Positions 10,201 through 23,879 of a stretch of 64,000 bases of DNA are shown here, piece after piece; position 1 is the stretch's first letter; each line of letters opens with the position of its first letter. This DNA comes from Vicugna vicugna (taxonomy: Eukaryota). The notes below the pieces were generated by a model, which was given only the letters and a program-made list of their open reading frames with translations, was not told the origin of the DNA and did no database searches. Location of the stretch: positions 35,767 through 99,766 of the forward strand of contig MU057728.1 in NCBI GenBank assembly GCA_013265495.1, in the 5' to 3' direction. Made by a program: the position numbers and the translations under genes.

Positions 10201-11089
10201 TAAACGCAATTTTGGGTTTCTTCCGGGGGTGGGGGGAACCCAAAACAATATGAAAGACAAGACCACGTATAACGTTACAGCCTCGACAGCTCTCCGTGGA
10301 ATAACTGAATACTTTCTTCCGCCCATATGTACCAGCCGTGTTCACATGTTCCTATGCACATGTGCATTTATATTCATCGTGTAAAGAAGCATCCGTGCAT
10401 GGTGGGGGGGTGGACATTCAAGAGAAAATGCATGAACAGTTTTAAACCACCTGGGTTGCTAGGCCCTTTTCTCTCCCCAACTCCAACCCCTTCCTTTTTT
10501 TTTTTTAAAAAGAGAATCTGAAGACCATATTGTGTTTCATAAATTATTGACATCAGTTTTAATCAATGTCCCCCTGACGTCAGAGCTGTGTTAGTATTTA
10601 GTTTCTGACGAAGCATGCTGTTTAATCTTACTGTGGGGATGTCAGCATGAACCCCTGCCTGGTTTGTGACAGGGTGAGCTTATGAAAACTTGTTTTGCCA
10701 CTCACTCTGAAGGCTTTGCGTGGCCCAGCTGAAACCCAAAACCCACACAAAAGACGACTCTGCAAGATGAGCGCACTGTGCTGGGCTGGCCTCCTGTGGT
10801 TATGGGTACCTGCAAGGTAATGCTCATAACTGTTTAAACATGGTTTGGAGGGGGGTTCCTCATGCTGTAAATGGCTCTGGTGCTCGGGCCCACCATCATC
10901 CCCAGTGGCAGAGGGAGGTTATATGGAAGGTGTTGCCATGAGAAATCGAACGCCCCACTAAAGACGCTTGCAAAATCAGAAGGCTAACATGATTTGCTCC
11001 TTAGTCCAGAGTCTGGTACGTTGCTGTAGATGGGTGCGTGTTTTTATCGTCATGGTAATTATTATAATTATTGTCATTACATGATTAAC

Positions 11090-11270
11090 CCTTGAGGACT
11101 CATTTTTTGCCAAACTCATTAGTCATTTAATCATCACGACTATGGTTATAATAGGCCCTATTATTGTCCTTATTTTACAGATGAGGAAATCATAACTTAG
11201 AGACATTAAATGGTTTGCCCAAAGCCATATAGCTCGTAGGTGGTGGAGCTGGGATTCCAGCCCGACAGTA
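11090..11270 (-). mobile_element. MIR SINE
   Basis: tcatttaatcatcac...ttttacagatgaggaaa...tttgcccaaagccatatagct. Confidence 0.8.
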
Positions 11271-11352
11271 TGCTTTGTTTTATTGCATCCTCTGTGTGCC
11301 TCCCCGTGGAATGGCTGGATGGGTGAATGAATGACACTTACATTTCCGTGTA

Positions 11353-11833
11353 TAGGCAGACCTCAGAGATACTGCAGGTTCATTCCAGACCACCTGCAAT
11401 AAAACAAATACACAGGAAAGCGAGTCACATGACTTTCTCGGCTTCCCAGTACCTGTAAAAGTTGTTTACATTATACTGTTGTCTAGTAAGCGTGCAATAG
11501 GGTTTTGTCTAAAAAAATGTACTTACCTTAATTTAAAAGTACTTTATTGCTAAAAAATGCTCACCATCGTCCGAACCTTCAGCAAGTTGTAGTAGTAGCA
11601 TCAAAGATCACCACTCGCAAATCACCATAACACGTGTGTAATGATGAAAAAGTTTGAAATCTTGCGAAGAATTCCAACATGTGACACAGAGGCATGAAGT
11701 GAGCAAATGCTGTTGGAAAATGGCTCCGATAGACTTGCTTGGGGCAGGGTTGCCCCAGACCTTCAATTAAAAAAAAAAATGCAGCATCTACGAAACTCAG
11801 GTAAGTGAAGTACCATAAAATGAGGTCTGCCTG
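11353..11833 (-). mobile_element. Tigger1-derived non-autonomous DNA transposon (~480 bp)
   Basis: Both Tigger1 ends are present. TIRs AGGCAGACCTCA / TGAGGTCTGCCT. TA at the left flank (11351-11352). Confidence 0.88.
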
Positions 11834-14819
11834 GATAGGAGAATAGTTGGACCAGCCCGTTAACCTCTTGCTAGAATTAGAGGTGGTTCCCTAGTTGTGT
11901 TGTATTCCACTCCGTTCTATAATGTCACATCATGTCATATAACATATTCATTATATTCAGACATACTGAAGTATGAAATTGTCTGTAAGAAGTTGTCCTC
12001 TCTTTTAGCCATCAGGCCTGGTGGAGGCTGGGAGTTTTTAGGAATGTAAGTGAAGAGGGTTTAAGCGTCTCCGCATGCACAGGTGTTGCCGATGGCCAGG
12101 TCTTCCTTGATTTCAGGGCCCATAATCTCTCAAAGCTGGTGGAACAGAACTTGTGATCAGAAAACCCTTTTAAATTAGGCCTTCTCCTTTCTCCCTAGTG
12201 CTCAGTATCCTGTTGCTTCTCCAGAACATATTGAAAAATTCTAGGAAGTGGCTCAGAAGTGTGGTTGTTAAAGAGAGGCGTTTAGTGGCATATCCTGTAG
12301 GTGCAGTGCGTGCGTCATTAGCACAGGGCCATCATTTATCTCTGTTGGCCTTTTGGCAGCTGGAGTGAGGGTCTCTGCTGGGGTCCTCATTAGCACCTGG
12401 TGGGCCAGGAAGCTGCCCCCCACTCTACCCAGAGAAGCCAGACAGAGCTGTCTCAGGGCAAACCTTCTGGGGTGTGTCTGTACATTTTCAGGTTTTGCCA
12501 AGCTCTCCTTTGGCCCTGCCCAGACTTCTCTCTGACCTCCTCCTCCTGAAAAATGAGATCCTTGGAAAAGTATTTGAGACTTTATGTCCAGAGTAAATAA
12601 TGGAAAGGCAGTGGGTTGAAAGTCAGATGTTCCCTGGAAGGAATCCCCCCTCATTTTCTGCTCACAGCTGGTATCGATATTTCCTTCTTGAGATGAGTTG
12701 TGCTTTTCATTAAGTAAATTTTTTGTCTTGGGATTAAACCAACATTGTATTCTTAATAGACTTTTATGTTTACACTTCAAAAGTCCACTGGGTTGTTATT
12801 CGTGTTATCTTGATGGCTTCTACGGTGTCTGCTGTGCACACTGGCCCGACCAAAATAAATGGCTCTCTAGGGAACTGGATTATAAAACAGTCTTATCTGC
12901 TGATGCACTAGTATGGGTATTTTGTGAGCCAGTATCTTTTTTCTTCCTTTCAGAAGTGATAATCATACCTTGGGTTTCTGCAGTGCCTTTCATTAGAGGG
13001 AGACCCGAGGTCTCTGGGGGCTTTTGAAATGCTCAGGATTTAAGCCTAACACTTGCAGAGTGGCCCGCCGCACTTTGCCTGTCGTTTGGGAAGACACACG
13101 TCAGCCATTCCGCAGGCTCAGAGGACGCGGCGTCGGTTTGGGTGGCCTGGGAGTTTAGAATGTCAGCGCAAGGGGGTTGTCAGGTTACATCTTGAAGACA
13201 GACCACAAACCCCTACTAAGTGCCAGGCACTGTAGCAGGTGCTTTACACGTGCTTTGTTTCAGTTAATCAGATTGGCACAAGGAACGGAAGCCTTTTGAA
13301 ACCAGATGTCCCTGCCACCAAAGGGCAGCTTTTACACAAACCAAGCTCAGTGGGGACAGGGCACATCTTGGCTTGCTCGGTGATGCTGTTGCATACGCGG
13401 AGAGCAGGAGGTGTCGGCGGCGCTTGTGCTGTCGGCGGCGCTTGCGCGAGGCTGATCACGTGAAAGCTGTGTCCTGTTGTCAGCAGCTCTGAGGGACGAT
13501 TCTAAACAGCACTGAGATAAGTGAGCTGCCTGGGACATCCTCAGACCCAGGGCTGTTCGCCTCCATGCTGCCTGCTGTCATGGGTGCAGCACAACATGGG
13601 AAGTTCAGAATTGCATTTCTGTATCCCTGTGTACCCCAAATGTATCCCTATTGTATACTTAGAATTAGATTTTAATTTGCCTTTGAAATGCCATGTAATT
13701 TACGTGAATTTCCCCCACGTCAGAAGGCAGAGACCCATTCCAATTGTCAGTTCTTTGCCTCCGGAGATAATGCTTCCTTCCCTAGCTCCTGAGAGGACTG
13801 GGCGAGGTGTGTGTTCAACCCTGCCTGTAGCATTTTGTGCCAGGTCTGCCCTCCAACCAAGAGAAGGGACGGTGGTCATGGGATGGATGAGAAGTGAAAT
13901 GCCTCTCGTCCAAGCCATTCTCTTCCAACACTTAAGCGCCTGCCCCAAGCCTCCTCTGCGGGGGATGTTTCTATCAGAGGCATCTGCTGGCGCTCAGAGA
14001 ACAAGGGATGGTGTTATCCAGGGGACAGGTGCACCAGTGGTTCAGGAGCACTGCTGAGGAATGGAGGAATGTGCTCTGCCTTTGCCTGTGTCGGGGTCCT
14101 TCCCGGAGACCTCTGAGCCTTCTGCTGTCGGGGTTCGTGTATTAGCTGGAGCTAAGGCTCTAATCGTTTTGCAGTGCACTTATGCATATAAAGAAGATCC
14201 AGAAGAAAGACTTCTCTGTAGCTGTAGCAGGATTCCAGGTTATTTAAAGGGATGAGTGGCTTTTCAGAGGTCAGAGTAAATTTGTTGGGTGAAAACCTTG
14301 AAAGGCAGAAAGTAACACTAAGAGAACAGAAAGTTCACCCCATCAACTGATAACCAATGAATCCTCCCAACTCGGTCTGAAAGGAGGGGCTAGAAGTCTG
14401 TCTCTGGAGGATTCAGGCCCAGCCTAGGTAAGGTGTAAGTGGTAAGCCCTCGGTGCAAGTGGTCCAGTTTCATCTGGGGACCCATTCGTGTCCCCTCTTG
14501 GCTGATGCTATTGCTAGATTTTCCCCAGTCCTTTTCTGCCTATCGGTAAGAGAGATTATTGGTTGTCATGTCCAATTTTTTCACGTATTCTAGAGGCTCC
14601 ACACCTAAATTAGACAATCCATAGGACCACAGGCACCTTTAAATGGGCTGGATTTGAATAAATGAGTCTTAGGTAACAAGGAAATGAGATTGATCTCTTT
14701 TAGTTTCCTGAACACCTATGTTGTATTACATTCCATGTTTGATGGAATGGCCCAAAGTGATGGACAGTTTCTGCTGCCTGATTCCGGTCTTCGTGGCTTC
14801 TTGGAGTGGCTGTGGAATA

Positions 14820-15010
14820 CTTAGCAAAGGCACCACTGCTTCCCAATTCTGAAACCAGGGCAGGCATTGCTAATCAATCACAGCACTCTTTTATCCAACG
14901 TCCAGAAATGGTCTTAGTGTATTAGACTCCTTTTCAATATAATTCTCTAGGCAGCCATTACTACTTCATCAGAATTAGCCTGGGAGATGGAAACTATATG
15001 ACATGGGTCC
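14820..15010. mobile_element. hAT-Charlie MITE, MER117-like
   Basis: cattgctaatcaatcacagcactcttt...ctaggcagccattactac...gagatggaaactat. Confidence 0.55.
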
Positions 15011-16551
15011 TAGAAGACCTTCCCCGGCTCCCCTAGCCTACAGACAAAGAAGTACCCTGTAAGTGGATGTTTCTGGAGCAGTCAGTGGTCAGGTGGCTCT
15101 GTTGGGTCTGGCGGGGTAAAGAGGTATGAAGTGATGCCCTCCCCGCAGGTGGGATACATTCGTCAGGGAGGGTGTGCTTGTGAGAGGTGGATACTTGTTC
15201 TGAACTGTAAACATGGGGAGCCCCCAAAGTGAGGAGCTTTTTGCTCAGCGCCCAGGACACAGGGAAGGTGCTGAGGGTCTTGAGAGGAAGCAGGTTCTGG
15301 ATCTGGCTCTGGTACCAGGAAAGGATTGCTTTGGGGTCCACTTCACGTTTGCCTCCTGCATCTGCTCTGTCGTAGCTTTTGTTTTCTTCCATGTCAAGAG
15401 TGTGAGAGACCACAGTTCCCTGAAAAGAGTGGTCTCCCCGGGGCAGTCAGCTCTGAAGTTCCCGTGCAGGGTCCCCTGGACTGGGAGAAGCCCAGAGCTG
15501 CCCCAGAATGCGAAGGAAATGACCTTGGGCTCTTCCCACCCTAGAAGCCAGGCTCTCAACCCCAAACCTTGTCTGCGGGGCATCCGAGGCCCAGGACTCT
15601 GCACGGGCTAGTGCTCTGCTTACATTTGGGCCGTCGCAGAAAGGGCTGAACAATAACAGCTCCAACCCCAGCATGAAAAAGGAAACACATTGTGTTTACA
15701 GATACAGAATTTGGCCTCCAAAACATGAAAGTACCTTTGGGTTGGGCGCCCCAGGGCAGGGCTGTTGGACACCGGCCCCCCTGCTCTGCGTCCTGCGGCC
15801 AGCTTGTTTCCTCTCCCCGCAGCCAGACCGCAGAGGTGGGCAGCTTGATCTCAGCCAACTCTTTATTCCCAGACCCACCCCTGTCTCGCTCCTGGCTCAG
15901 CCCCGGGGAGAATCGCGGTGAGGAAGTGCTTGGCCTTCCCAGCTGCCATGAGGAAGGAGGCTGTGTCTCCCTCCAACCCACGGAAACCGATCGGGCTTAA
16001 ACCCGGTTTGGGGCAGATTGGCCATCACGATGCCCTGACGTGCCAGGGAGGAACGGGACTGGGCGTCCTCTCTTCTTCTCACCCCGGTTTGTTGTTGGAG
16101 CCAAGGTGAGAGAGCTGTTTGTTGTTTTAAATCAAAGGTGTCTGCCGAACCGTGACCCACATTTAAGTGAAAAGCAAGTTCTGATTTTCCTGGTGCATAG
16201 AAGTGATTTAGTTCTAAAATCAAGATCAGGGAGGACAGGGTTCTCTTTGATAACGTATGAAATACCAAGATGTGTGTAGTAGGGGTTATGGTTGAGAGAA
16301 CCTATCTCCAGCTTCAGACTGCCTGGGAGAAAGTGCTGGGCATGTGTGACCTGGGGCGTGTGATTTAAGCTCTCTGTGCCTTCAGTGCCTCCGTGTCTTG
16401 GGGGCTTCGCTCAAGACTATGCTGGTCTATGGGGTAGGGTGGGGAGTGAGAGGGGCTCTTGCACTGTGCCAAGGAGGGGGCTCAGAGGAGGGGCACAGGA
16501 AGGAGACCCCAAGGCAGAGTGCTAGTGCTCTGCCTAGATTTGGGGCTGTTT

Positions 16552-17460
16552 CTTTTTTCTTAAAAAGGTTTTTTAAAATTGAAGAATAGTTGCTGTATAT
16601 TACATAAGTTACAGGTGTATAATATAGTGATTCATGATTTGTAAAGGTTATACCCCACTCATAGTTATTATAAAAGATGGGCTATATTCCCCATATTGTA
16701 CAGCACATCCTTGTAGCTTATTTTATACCTAAGAGTTTGTACCTCTTCATCCTCTATCCCTATGTTGCCCCTTCCCCCTCCTTCTCCCCACTGGTAATCA
16801 CTAGTTTGTTCTCTGTATATGTGAGTCTGCTTCTTTTTTGTTATATTCACTAGTTGGTTCTATTTTTTAGATTCCGCATGTAAGTGATATCATACAGTAT
16901 TTGTCTTTCTCTGTCTGGCTTGCTTTACTTAGCATAATGCTCTCCAAGTCCATCCATGTCGCTGCAAATGGCAAAATTTCATTCTTTTTTATGGCCGAGT
17001 AGTATTCCATTGTATACATACACCGCATCTTCTTTATCCATCCATCTCTTGATGGATATTTAGCTGGCTTCCATGTCTTGGCTCTTGTGAATAGTGCTGC
17101 TGTAAACATTGGGGGTGCATGGATCTTTTTGAATTAGTGTTTTTGTGTTTTTTTGGATGTATACCCAGGAGTGGAATTGCTGGGTCACATGGAGTTCTAT
17201 TTTTAGGTTTTTGAGAAACCTCCATGCTGTTTTCCACAGTGGCTGCACCAATTTACATTCCTGCCTATGGGGTATGGTGCTTTCCTTTTCTCCACCTTCT
17301 CACCAACATTTGTTACTTGTGTTCTCTTTGATGATGGTCATTCTGACAGGTGCGAGGTGACATCTCATTGTGGTTTGGATTTGCATTTCCCTGATAAGTA
17401 GCGATGTTGAGCATCTTTTCAGGTACCTGTTGGCCAGCCACATGTCCTGTTTAGAAAAAT
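16552..17460 (-). mobile_element. 5'-truncated L1 (artiodactyl-type 3'UTR plus ORF2 C-terminus)
   Basis: Minus-strand peptides MFTAALFTRAKTWK...YTMEYYSAIKKNEILPFAATWMDLE and RYLKRCSTSLLIREMQIQTTMR; T-rich tail at the left. Confidence 0.93.
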
Positions 17461-17489
17461 TAGACGCGGAGCTTTTTATCAGCACATGT

Positions 17490-18430
17490 TTCTGTGGCCC
17501 TCATTACCGCCACACTTTGTTCTAAACACTTCACGAATATTACCTCATTTAATCCTCATAACAGCCTTATGAGATGGGTTCTATTATGATTATGACTAAG
17601 TCAGTTTCTTTACTGAAGTGTAGTGTAAGTACAGAAAGGCACGCGGATGCCAAGTGCACAGCTCAAAGCCTTTTCATGATTAGATACACTTGCATAACCA
17701 GGACCCCAGAAACAGCCCTGAGCTCCCCTTCAGTCACCACACCCCCTGCCCACCATGCACTGGTTTTGACTGTTTTTGAATTTTGTGTAAATGAAATCAG
17801 ATTCTGGTTGCTTTTGCTCTGTAGTCCATTTGTGGTATTTACCCCTGGGTAGCAGCAGTTTTATTCATTCTCATTTATGTATAAATTGGTCTGTCTGTTC
17901 CATTTATGGTGTCGTTTCCAGATTTTAGCATTAAAAATAACTCTGTGGGGGCCATACTTGTCCAGGTCTTTGGATGCACATTTGAATGCATTTCTGTTGG
18001 GTATGTATCTAGAAGTGAAATCTCGGGTCCTAGGGTAGGTATCCGTTCAGCTTTAGTACATCCTGGTTATACGTTGATTGTGTGCTCTGTCGAAAGCAAT
18101 TGTACACATTTACATTTATTTACCGTTTTTACAGGTGAAAAAAGAGGCATGTGGAGGATACGTGCCTTGCCCAAGTCCTCACCATTAGCAATGATGGTGT
18201 TGTGGTTAGAATCTAGGTAGTGTGGCTCTGGAGTCTTCCTTTCCACCACCGTACCTGGCTGTGTCTCATCTCTAGTCTGTATAAACCCTGTCAAGGAAAA
18301 CTGCTAGTACTGGGGCAGAGGTGACTTTGGGCAAGTGCCTTCACTTCTCTGGGCCTCGGTTTTCTCTTCTGTCAAATAAGAGGTTGGGTCACGAAGACCA
18401 TCTTCAGCGCTGATATTCTGTGACTCAGTG
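17490..18430. mobile_element. Cluster of MIR fragments and an old L1M fragment
   Basis: tcatttaatcctcataacagcc (17545); L1 3'UTR-like 17610-18060; MIR cores at ~18125 and ~18320. Confidence 0.65.
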
Positions 18431-18729
18431 GATGCACCTCCTTCCTGAAGACTTTTCCCATCTGCATCCCCCAGCCCACTCCATTCCCATCTCAACCAGA
18501 CGCAGCTCTACAATGTGAACAGTGTCATTTCCCACCCCCTGCATTCCACTGGGGTTCCATCAGGAGGCTGCTCAGGCTCTGACGGGGTGACCTCTCTTGG
18601 GCCTGCCCTTCAAGACTCCTGGGAACTTCCCCACCTCTCACCCACCAGTCCTTCCACTTGCGGAGGGAGAGACATGGGACCTTGTTCCTTCTCTGCCCTC
18701 CAGCATGTTGGCTAGCCAGTCTTCTCTCT

Positions 18730-21470
18730 TCAATCATGCATGTTCAGCTGGATGAATGTTCACAAAGTCCACTCACCTGTGTAACTAGCTCAGTCATCAA
18801 GAAATAAGATTTCCAGATGGCCTCCTTCTGCCCTTCGTATCACCATCCCACTGTGTAGCCACCATCTTGACTTACAGTGTTCCAGTTAACTCTCTTCTCT
18901 TAAATTTTTTTCATATTCAGTTATAATCCACAAATCATGAATATTTTAGCTATTCTTTTCTAATGCTTGTACTTTTATTTTTCTTGTCTTACTGCATTGG
19001 ACAGAACTTTAAAGTAATGGAATGTAGTAATGGTAAGATACACCCTTGTGTTGCTCCTGCCTTGAGTGAGAATGCTTCTAGAGTTTCATCATTAAGTGTG
19101 TTGCCTGTTACTAGTTTCAGATAGATATTCTTTGTTGTGCTCAAAGGGATGACCTCTGTTCTTGGTTTACTGGGAGGTTTGCTCCTTTTTGTTGTTTTAA
19201 ATCAAGAATATGTGGAATGTTAATCCAACAGTCAAAATGAGGATACAATATTTCTGCTTTGATTATAATATAATGAATTACATTGATTGATTTTATAAGA
19301 TTTTTTAATAGCTTAATTGAAATATAATTCATGTACCATACAATTCATCAATTTAAAGCATACAATTCAATGGTTTTTAGTATGTTTATAGAGTGGTGCA
19401 ACCATCATTAAAATTAATTTTTGCCACCCCCCCAAAGAAACCTCATACCCATTAGTAGTCACTTCCCATTCCCTCCCTCCTACCACCAAATCAGCCTTCG
19501 ACAACAACTAATCTACTTTTGATCTCTATAGATTTGCCTCTTCTGGACATTTTATTTAAATAGAACCATATAATATGTGGCCTTTTGCGACTATTTCAGT
19601 TAGCATAATGTCCTCATGGTTTATCCATGTTATAATGTGTGACTACTTCATTCCTTTTTTTGGTTCCGTTTTTGGTTGAGTAATATTTCATTGTATCGAT
19701 AGGTCACATTTTATTTATTCATTCTTCAGGTGGTGTTTTGGATAGGAAACAATTTGGATTGTTCCCACTTATGGTTATGAGAAATAGTGCTCCTGTGAAC
19801 ACTGATGTACAAATTTTTGTATGTATGTGTTTTCGTTTCTCTTGGGTATATAACCTAGGAGTGGAAATGCTAGGTCATGTGGCAACTCTGTATTTAACTT
19901 TTTGAGGAACTGCCCGACTGTTTACCAAAGCAGCTGTTCCATTTTACATTCCTGCCTGTGGTGTGTGAGGGTTCCAATTTTCCCACATCCTCATCAATAC
20001 TTATACTCTGTCTTTTTGATTATAGCCACCCTGGTGACTGTGAAGTGGTATCTCATTGTGGTTTTGTAATTTTCTAAATTTGAACTCTCCCAGCATTCCT
20101 GGAATAAAGTTTATTTGGTTATATATTATTCTTTGCTCATATTTTATTTTTGATTTTTGTATCTGTTCAAAAGTGTAATTTGTCTGAATTTTTTTCTCTT
20201 CATATTGCCTTTTGTATCCAGGTTGTTCTAACCTTATAAAATGAAGTGAGAAGTTTCTGTTCCTTTCTATGCTGTGGAATAATTTAAGTAGCATGAGAAA
20301 TAACTGTTCCTTGAAGATTTGCTAGAATTAGCCCATCTGGGCCTTGTGCCATTTTTGAAAGGAGTTATTTGATAACCATTTCAATTCCTTCCATGCTTAT
20401 ATGTTTATTCAGGAATTTTTCAACTGCTTTCTGAGTCAGATTTGGTAGTTTATTTTCCAAGAAAATAATGATTTACCCAGATTTTCATTTCTTAAGCATA
20501 GTTGTATATAGTAATCACTAAAAGTATTTTTAAAAAATTTCATATGTATCTGTATCACCTTTCTGATTTCTGATAGTGAGTATTTATTCTCACTCTCTCT
20601 TTGCCTAGATTTGTTTCTTTGTTTGAAATTTTTGGAAGTGATGATAATAACACCTAATAATATTCATTGAACACTCACGTTGTGCCTGGCTCTGTGTGTG
20701 CTAAGTACTTTGTACCACTGTCTAATTTTTAGAATCTTTACAACTCGATGAGTTAAGTACTATTATTCCCATTTACAGGTGGTTCAGAAGTTCAGACGTT
20801 TAAATTGTCTGATGTCACGCAGCTACGAAGCCCAGAGTTACAGTTAAGGCAGGATGGCTGCTCTCAGAGCCAGAATTCCCGTCTGCTGTTTTAGTCTGCT
20901 GCTGATTTTTTAATGTTTTAAAATTGTTCCTAATTTCCTAATTTCTGTTTTATTTTAAAAAATTTCTTATTTAGGCTTTTGTGACCTCCTACTAATATTT
21001 TTAGTTGAATGCTCAGTTCAACTAATACCATTATTTTCTTACTCCTATGTAGCAGTACAACCATTTGAAGGCAATGACTTTTCCTTTCTAGAGCAGGTTT
21101 GACCACTTCCTCTTAGTTTTGATTTGTACTGCTCTCAATGTCACTGTCGTTGTAGTTTTGACAGTTTTTATTTATTTATTTTTTTGCCTCTTGAGTTATT
21201 TATGAATTGGATTGTCATTTCCAGGGTATTCAGTCCTTAAAATATGTATTTTGTTATTGATGTCCAACTTTATTGCAACTAGTACAGTTTTGTTTTGTTT
21301 TGTTTTTGTTTTGTTTTTAAATAATCTTGTGTGTGTGTAAGATTACTTCTGTTTCTATTCCATGGGAACTGAAAGAGAACTCTGTTTTTAGGATATAGAG
21401 TTCAATAGATTAATCAAAATCAATCTTATTGATTATATTCTTCAGATACTCTGTATTTTTTCTTCTTTGG
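18730..21470 (-). mobile_element. Old L1M fragments with nested L1MB-like 3' end (~19300-20070) and MIR (~20640-20880)
   Basis: ttgaaatataattcatgtaccatacaattca...; gtatataacctaggagtggaaatgctaggtca; minus-strand peptide MLLKLFHSIERN is L1 ORF2-like. Confidence 0.8.
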
Positions 21471-22339
21471 AGCAAAAGGACAATATTCGTGGGAGGCTCT
21501 TAACATACCTCTTTCAGTGTCTAACAAACTAAGTGACAAAGTCATCCAACCTGTGAAAAATTAAGAGATGTGCAAAACCATACAAGGAAAATGAACACAA
21601 AGTAAAAGTAGGGGTCACAAAATAGTATCTGAAATGTAAAGTTCAGAGCAGAATGCATTAAATAGGGCTACGCTGGTGGTTTTATACTGATACCAGAAAA
21701 AATGCACCGTGTTGTAAACTTGAATGGAAGTCCTCTGGGCCTTGGTCTCCCCGCTGGCGAAAAGGAGTTGGCAGATGATTCCTAGTCCCTTCCAGCACTC
21801 CCATTCTGAGATGATGGTTTTGGGGTTCCCTACAAAGTGGTGCCAGGAAGGAAATCAACTGTGAATAAGGATTAGAAGCAAAGAAAAGGACAGGATGATT
21901 CCGAGTTGAGACTGGAGCAGTTTGCGCTGACAGCTGGGGCTGGGTTTATTGCTTTGGCTCATTCCTGTCTTTACAGGAGCGTCTGCCTCACTGCCTCTTG
22001 GCCTGGCAAAGGAGATGTGCTGAAATAGAAGTCAGTCTGCAAGGACAAGATGGTGAGGCCACGAGAAGTCCCTGACATGGGGTGCCACCTCCTGTAGTGA
22101 AATATGACCCTGACGGCTGGGTCTGGCTCTGGAATACACCCCTCATGCCCACCCTCAGGGGCTCCCAGCTCCAAAAGAGCATTTCCATAGGCAGCTTCCT
22201 ACAGGAACAGGCAGGTGCCTCAGCCCCATGCCTGCCTTGGTGTCTCCTCATTCTCTTGCCAAGGGGTGATAAATTCACCAGAGGAAAAGGGGGTGCCTGG
22301 GTTTCACAGGATACCAGAATCATGAGAAAGGCTGCAAAT

Positions 22340-23760
22340 TAATGAGCTAAGTATCTAATTTAAGAAGTTAGAAAAAAGATTAACAGAATAAACCAGAACA
22401 AGATGGGAGTGGGACGGAGATAAAAATAAGAGCAGAAGCCAATGAACTAGAAAACAAATATTCAACAGAGGGGATCAACCAAGGCCAGAAATGGGTTGTT
22501 TGGAAAGACTAATAGAGTAAACAAATATCTGGGAAGATTGGTCAAGGAAAAAAAAGGGAAGGCACACAAATAAACAGCATTAAGAATGGAAAAGACATAA
22601 CTAGAGATCTGGTAGAGACAAAAATAAGATAATACTATGAATACCTTTATGCTAATAAATTGTAAAAGTGTAGCCTCTAGCATCATGATCATACCCTTGG
22701 AGTATCTCTCATGGCCTTGTCCATAGACGATCTACATCTCAATCTTCCACGGAACCAGAGAAGGAAACAGACAGAATGGACCTCATCAGAATTTAAAACT
22801 TGTGCTTCCAAGGACACAATCAAGAAAATGAAAAGACAACCCATAGAGTGGGAGAAAAATATTTGCAAATCAACTCTCTGAAAAGGGTCCAGAATATAAG
22901 AAGAATATAATATACAAAGAAATCTTTTCAACACAACAACAGAAAGGCAAAATAAATGGATACACAGGCAAAGGACTTGAAAAGGTGTTTCTCCAAAGAA
23001 GGTATACACGTGGCCATAAGCACATGAAAAGATGTCAACATCATTAGCCGTGGGAGGGATGTAAGTCAGTACCACTGCACACCCACTAGGATGGCTAGAA
23101 TCAAAACAATGATAACGTGTTGAAAAGAATGTGGAGGAATTGGAACTCTCGTGTGTACACTGCTGGTGGGAACATAAAGTGATGTAGCCACTATAGAAAA
23201 TAGTTCCCGAAAATGTTAAACATAGAGTTACCATATGACCCAGCAATTCCACTGCTAGATATATACACAAGAGAAATGAAAACTTTCATCCACACAAAAA
23301 CCTATGCACAAATGTTCGTAGCAGCATTGTTCGTAATAGCCCCAAAGTAGAAACCACCCTAATATCCATCAATTGATGAATGGGTAAATAAAGTTTGGTA
23401 TATCCATACAATGGAATATTATTCAGCCATATAAAGGAAAGGATACATACTTGAACATGGGTGTACCTTGAAAACGTCATGATAATTGAAAGCCAGTCGT
23501 AGAAGACCACGTACTGTACGATTCTACTTATATGAAATGTTTAGAACAAGCAAATCCATATAGGAAGCAGACTAGTAGTTTCCAGAGATTGAGGGGAGAG
23601 GTGAATGGGGAGTGACTATTAAATGGATGTGAGGTTCTTGTTGGAGTGATGAAAATGTTCTAGAATTAGTGGTGATGGACCTTGTGAATGTACTAAAAAT
23701 CGTGGAATTGTACACTTTCAAAGGTTAAATTGGTATAGAAATTATACTTTAATTATTAAA
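22340..23760 (+). mobile_element. L1 ORF2 fragment followed by an L1MB-like 3' end
   Basis: ttaagaagttagaaaaa...; aaaacttgtgcttccaaggacac; ccatatgacccagcaattccact; tccatacaatggaatattattcagcc. Confidence 0.88.
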
Positions 23761-23879
23761 AAACTTACAGGGAGTGGGAAATACTTCAATACTATTCAAA
23801 TGTGTATTTCTCAGCATTCCCCTGGCTTAATGAAGTCACGTCTCTGGGGACATGACTGAGAAATCTGCAATACTTTAGA

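Noticed and set aside
16668..17485. Protein-like ORFs here and at 22689-23510, 55536-55814 and 62347-62707
   Set aside because: Broken L1 ORF2/3'UTR fragments, not host genes
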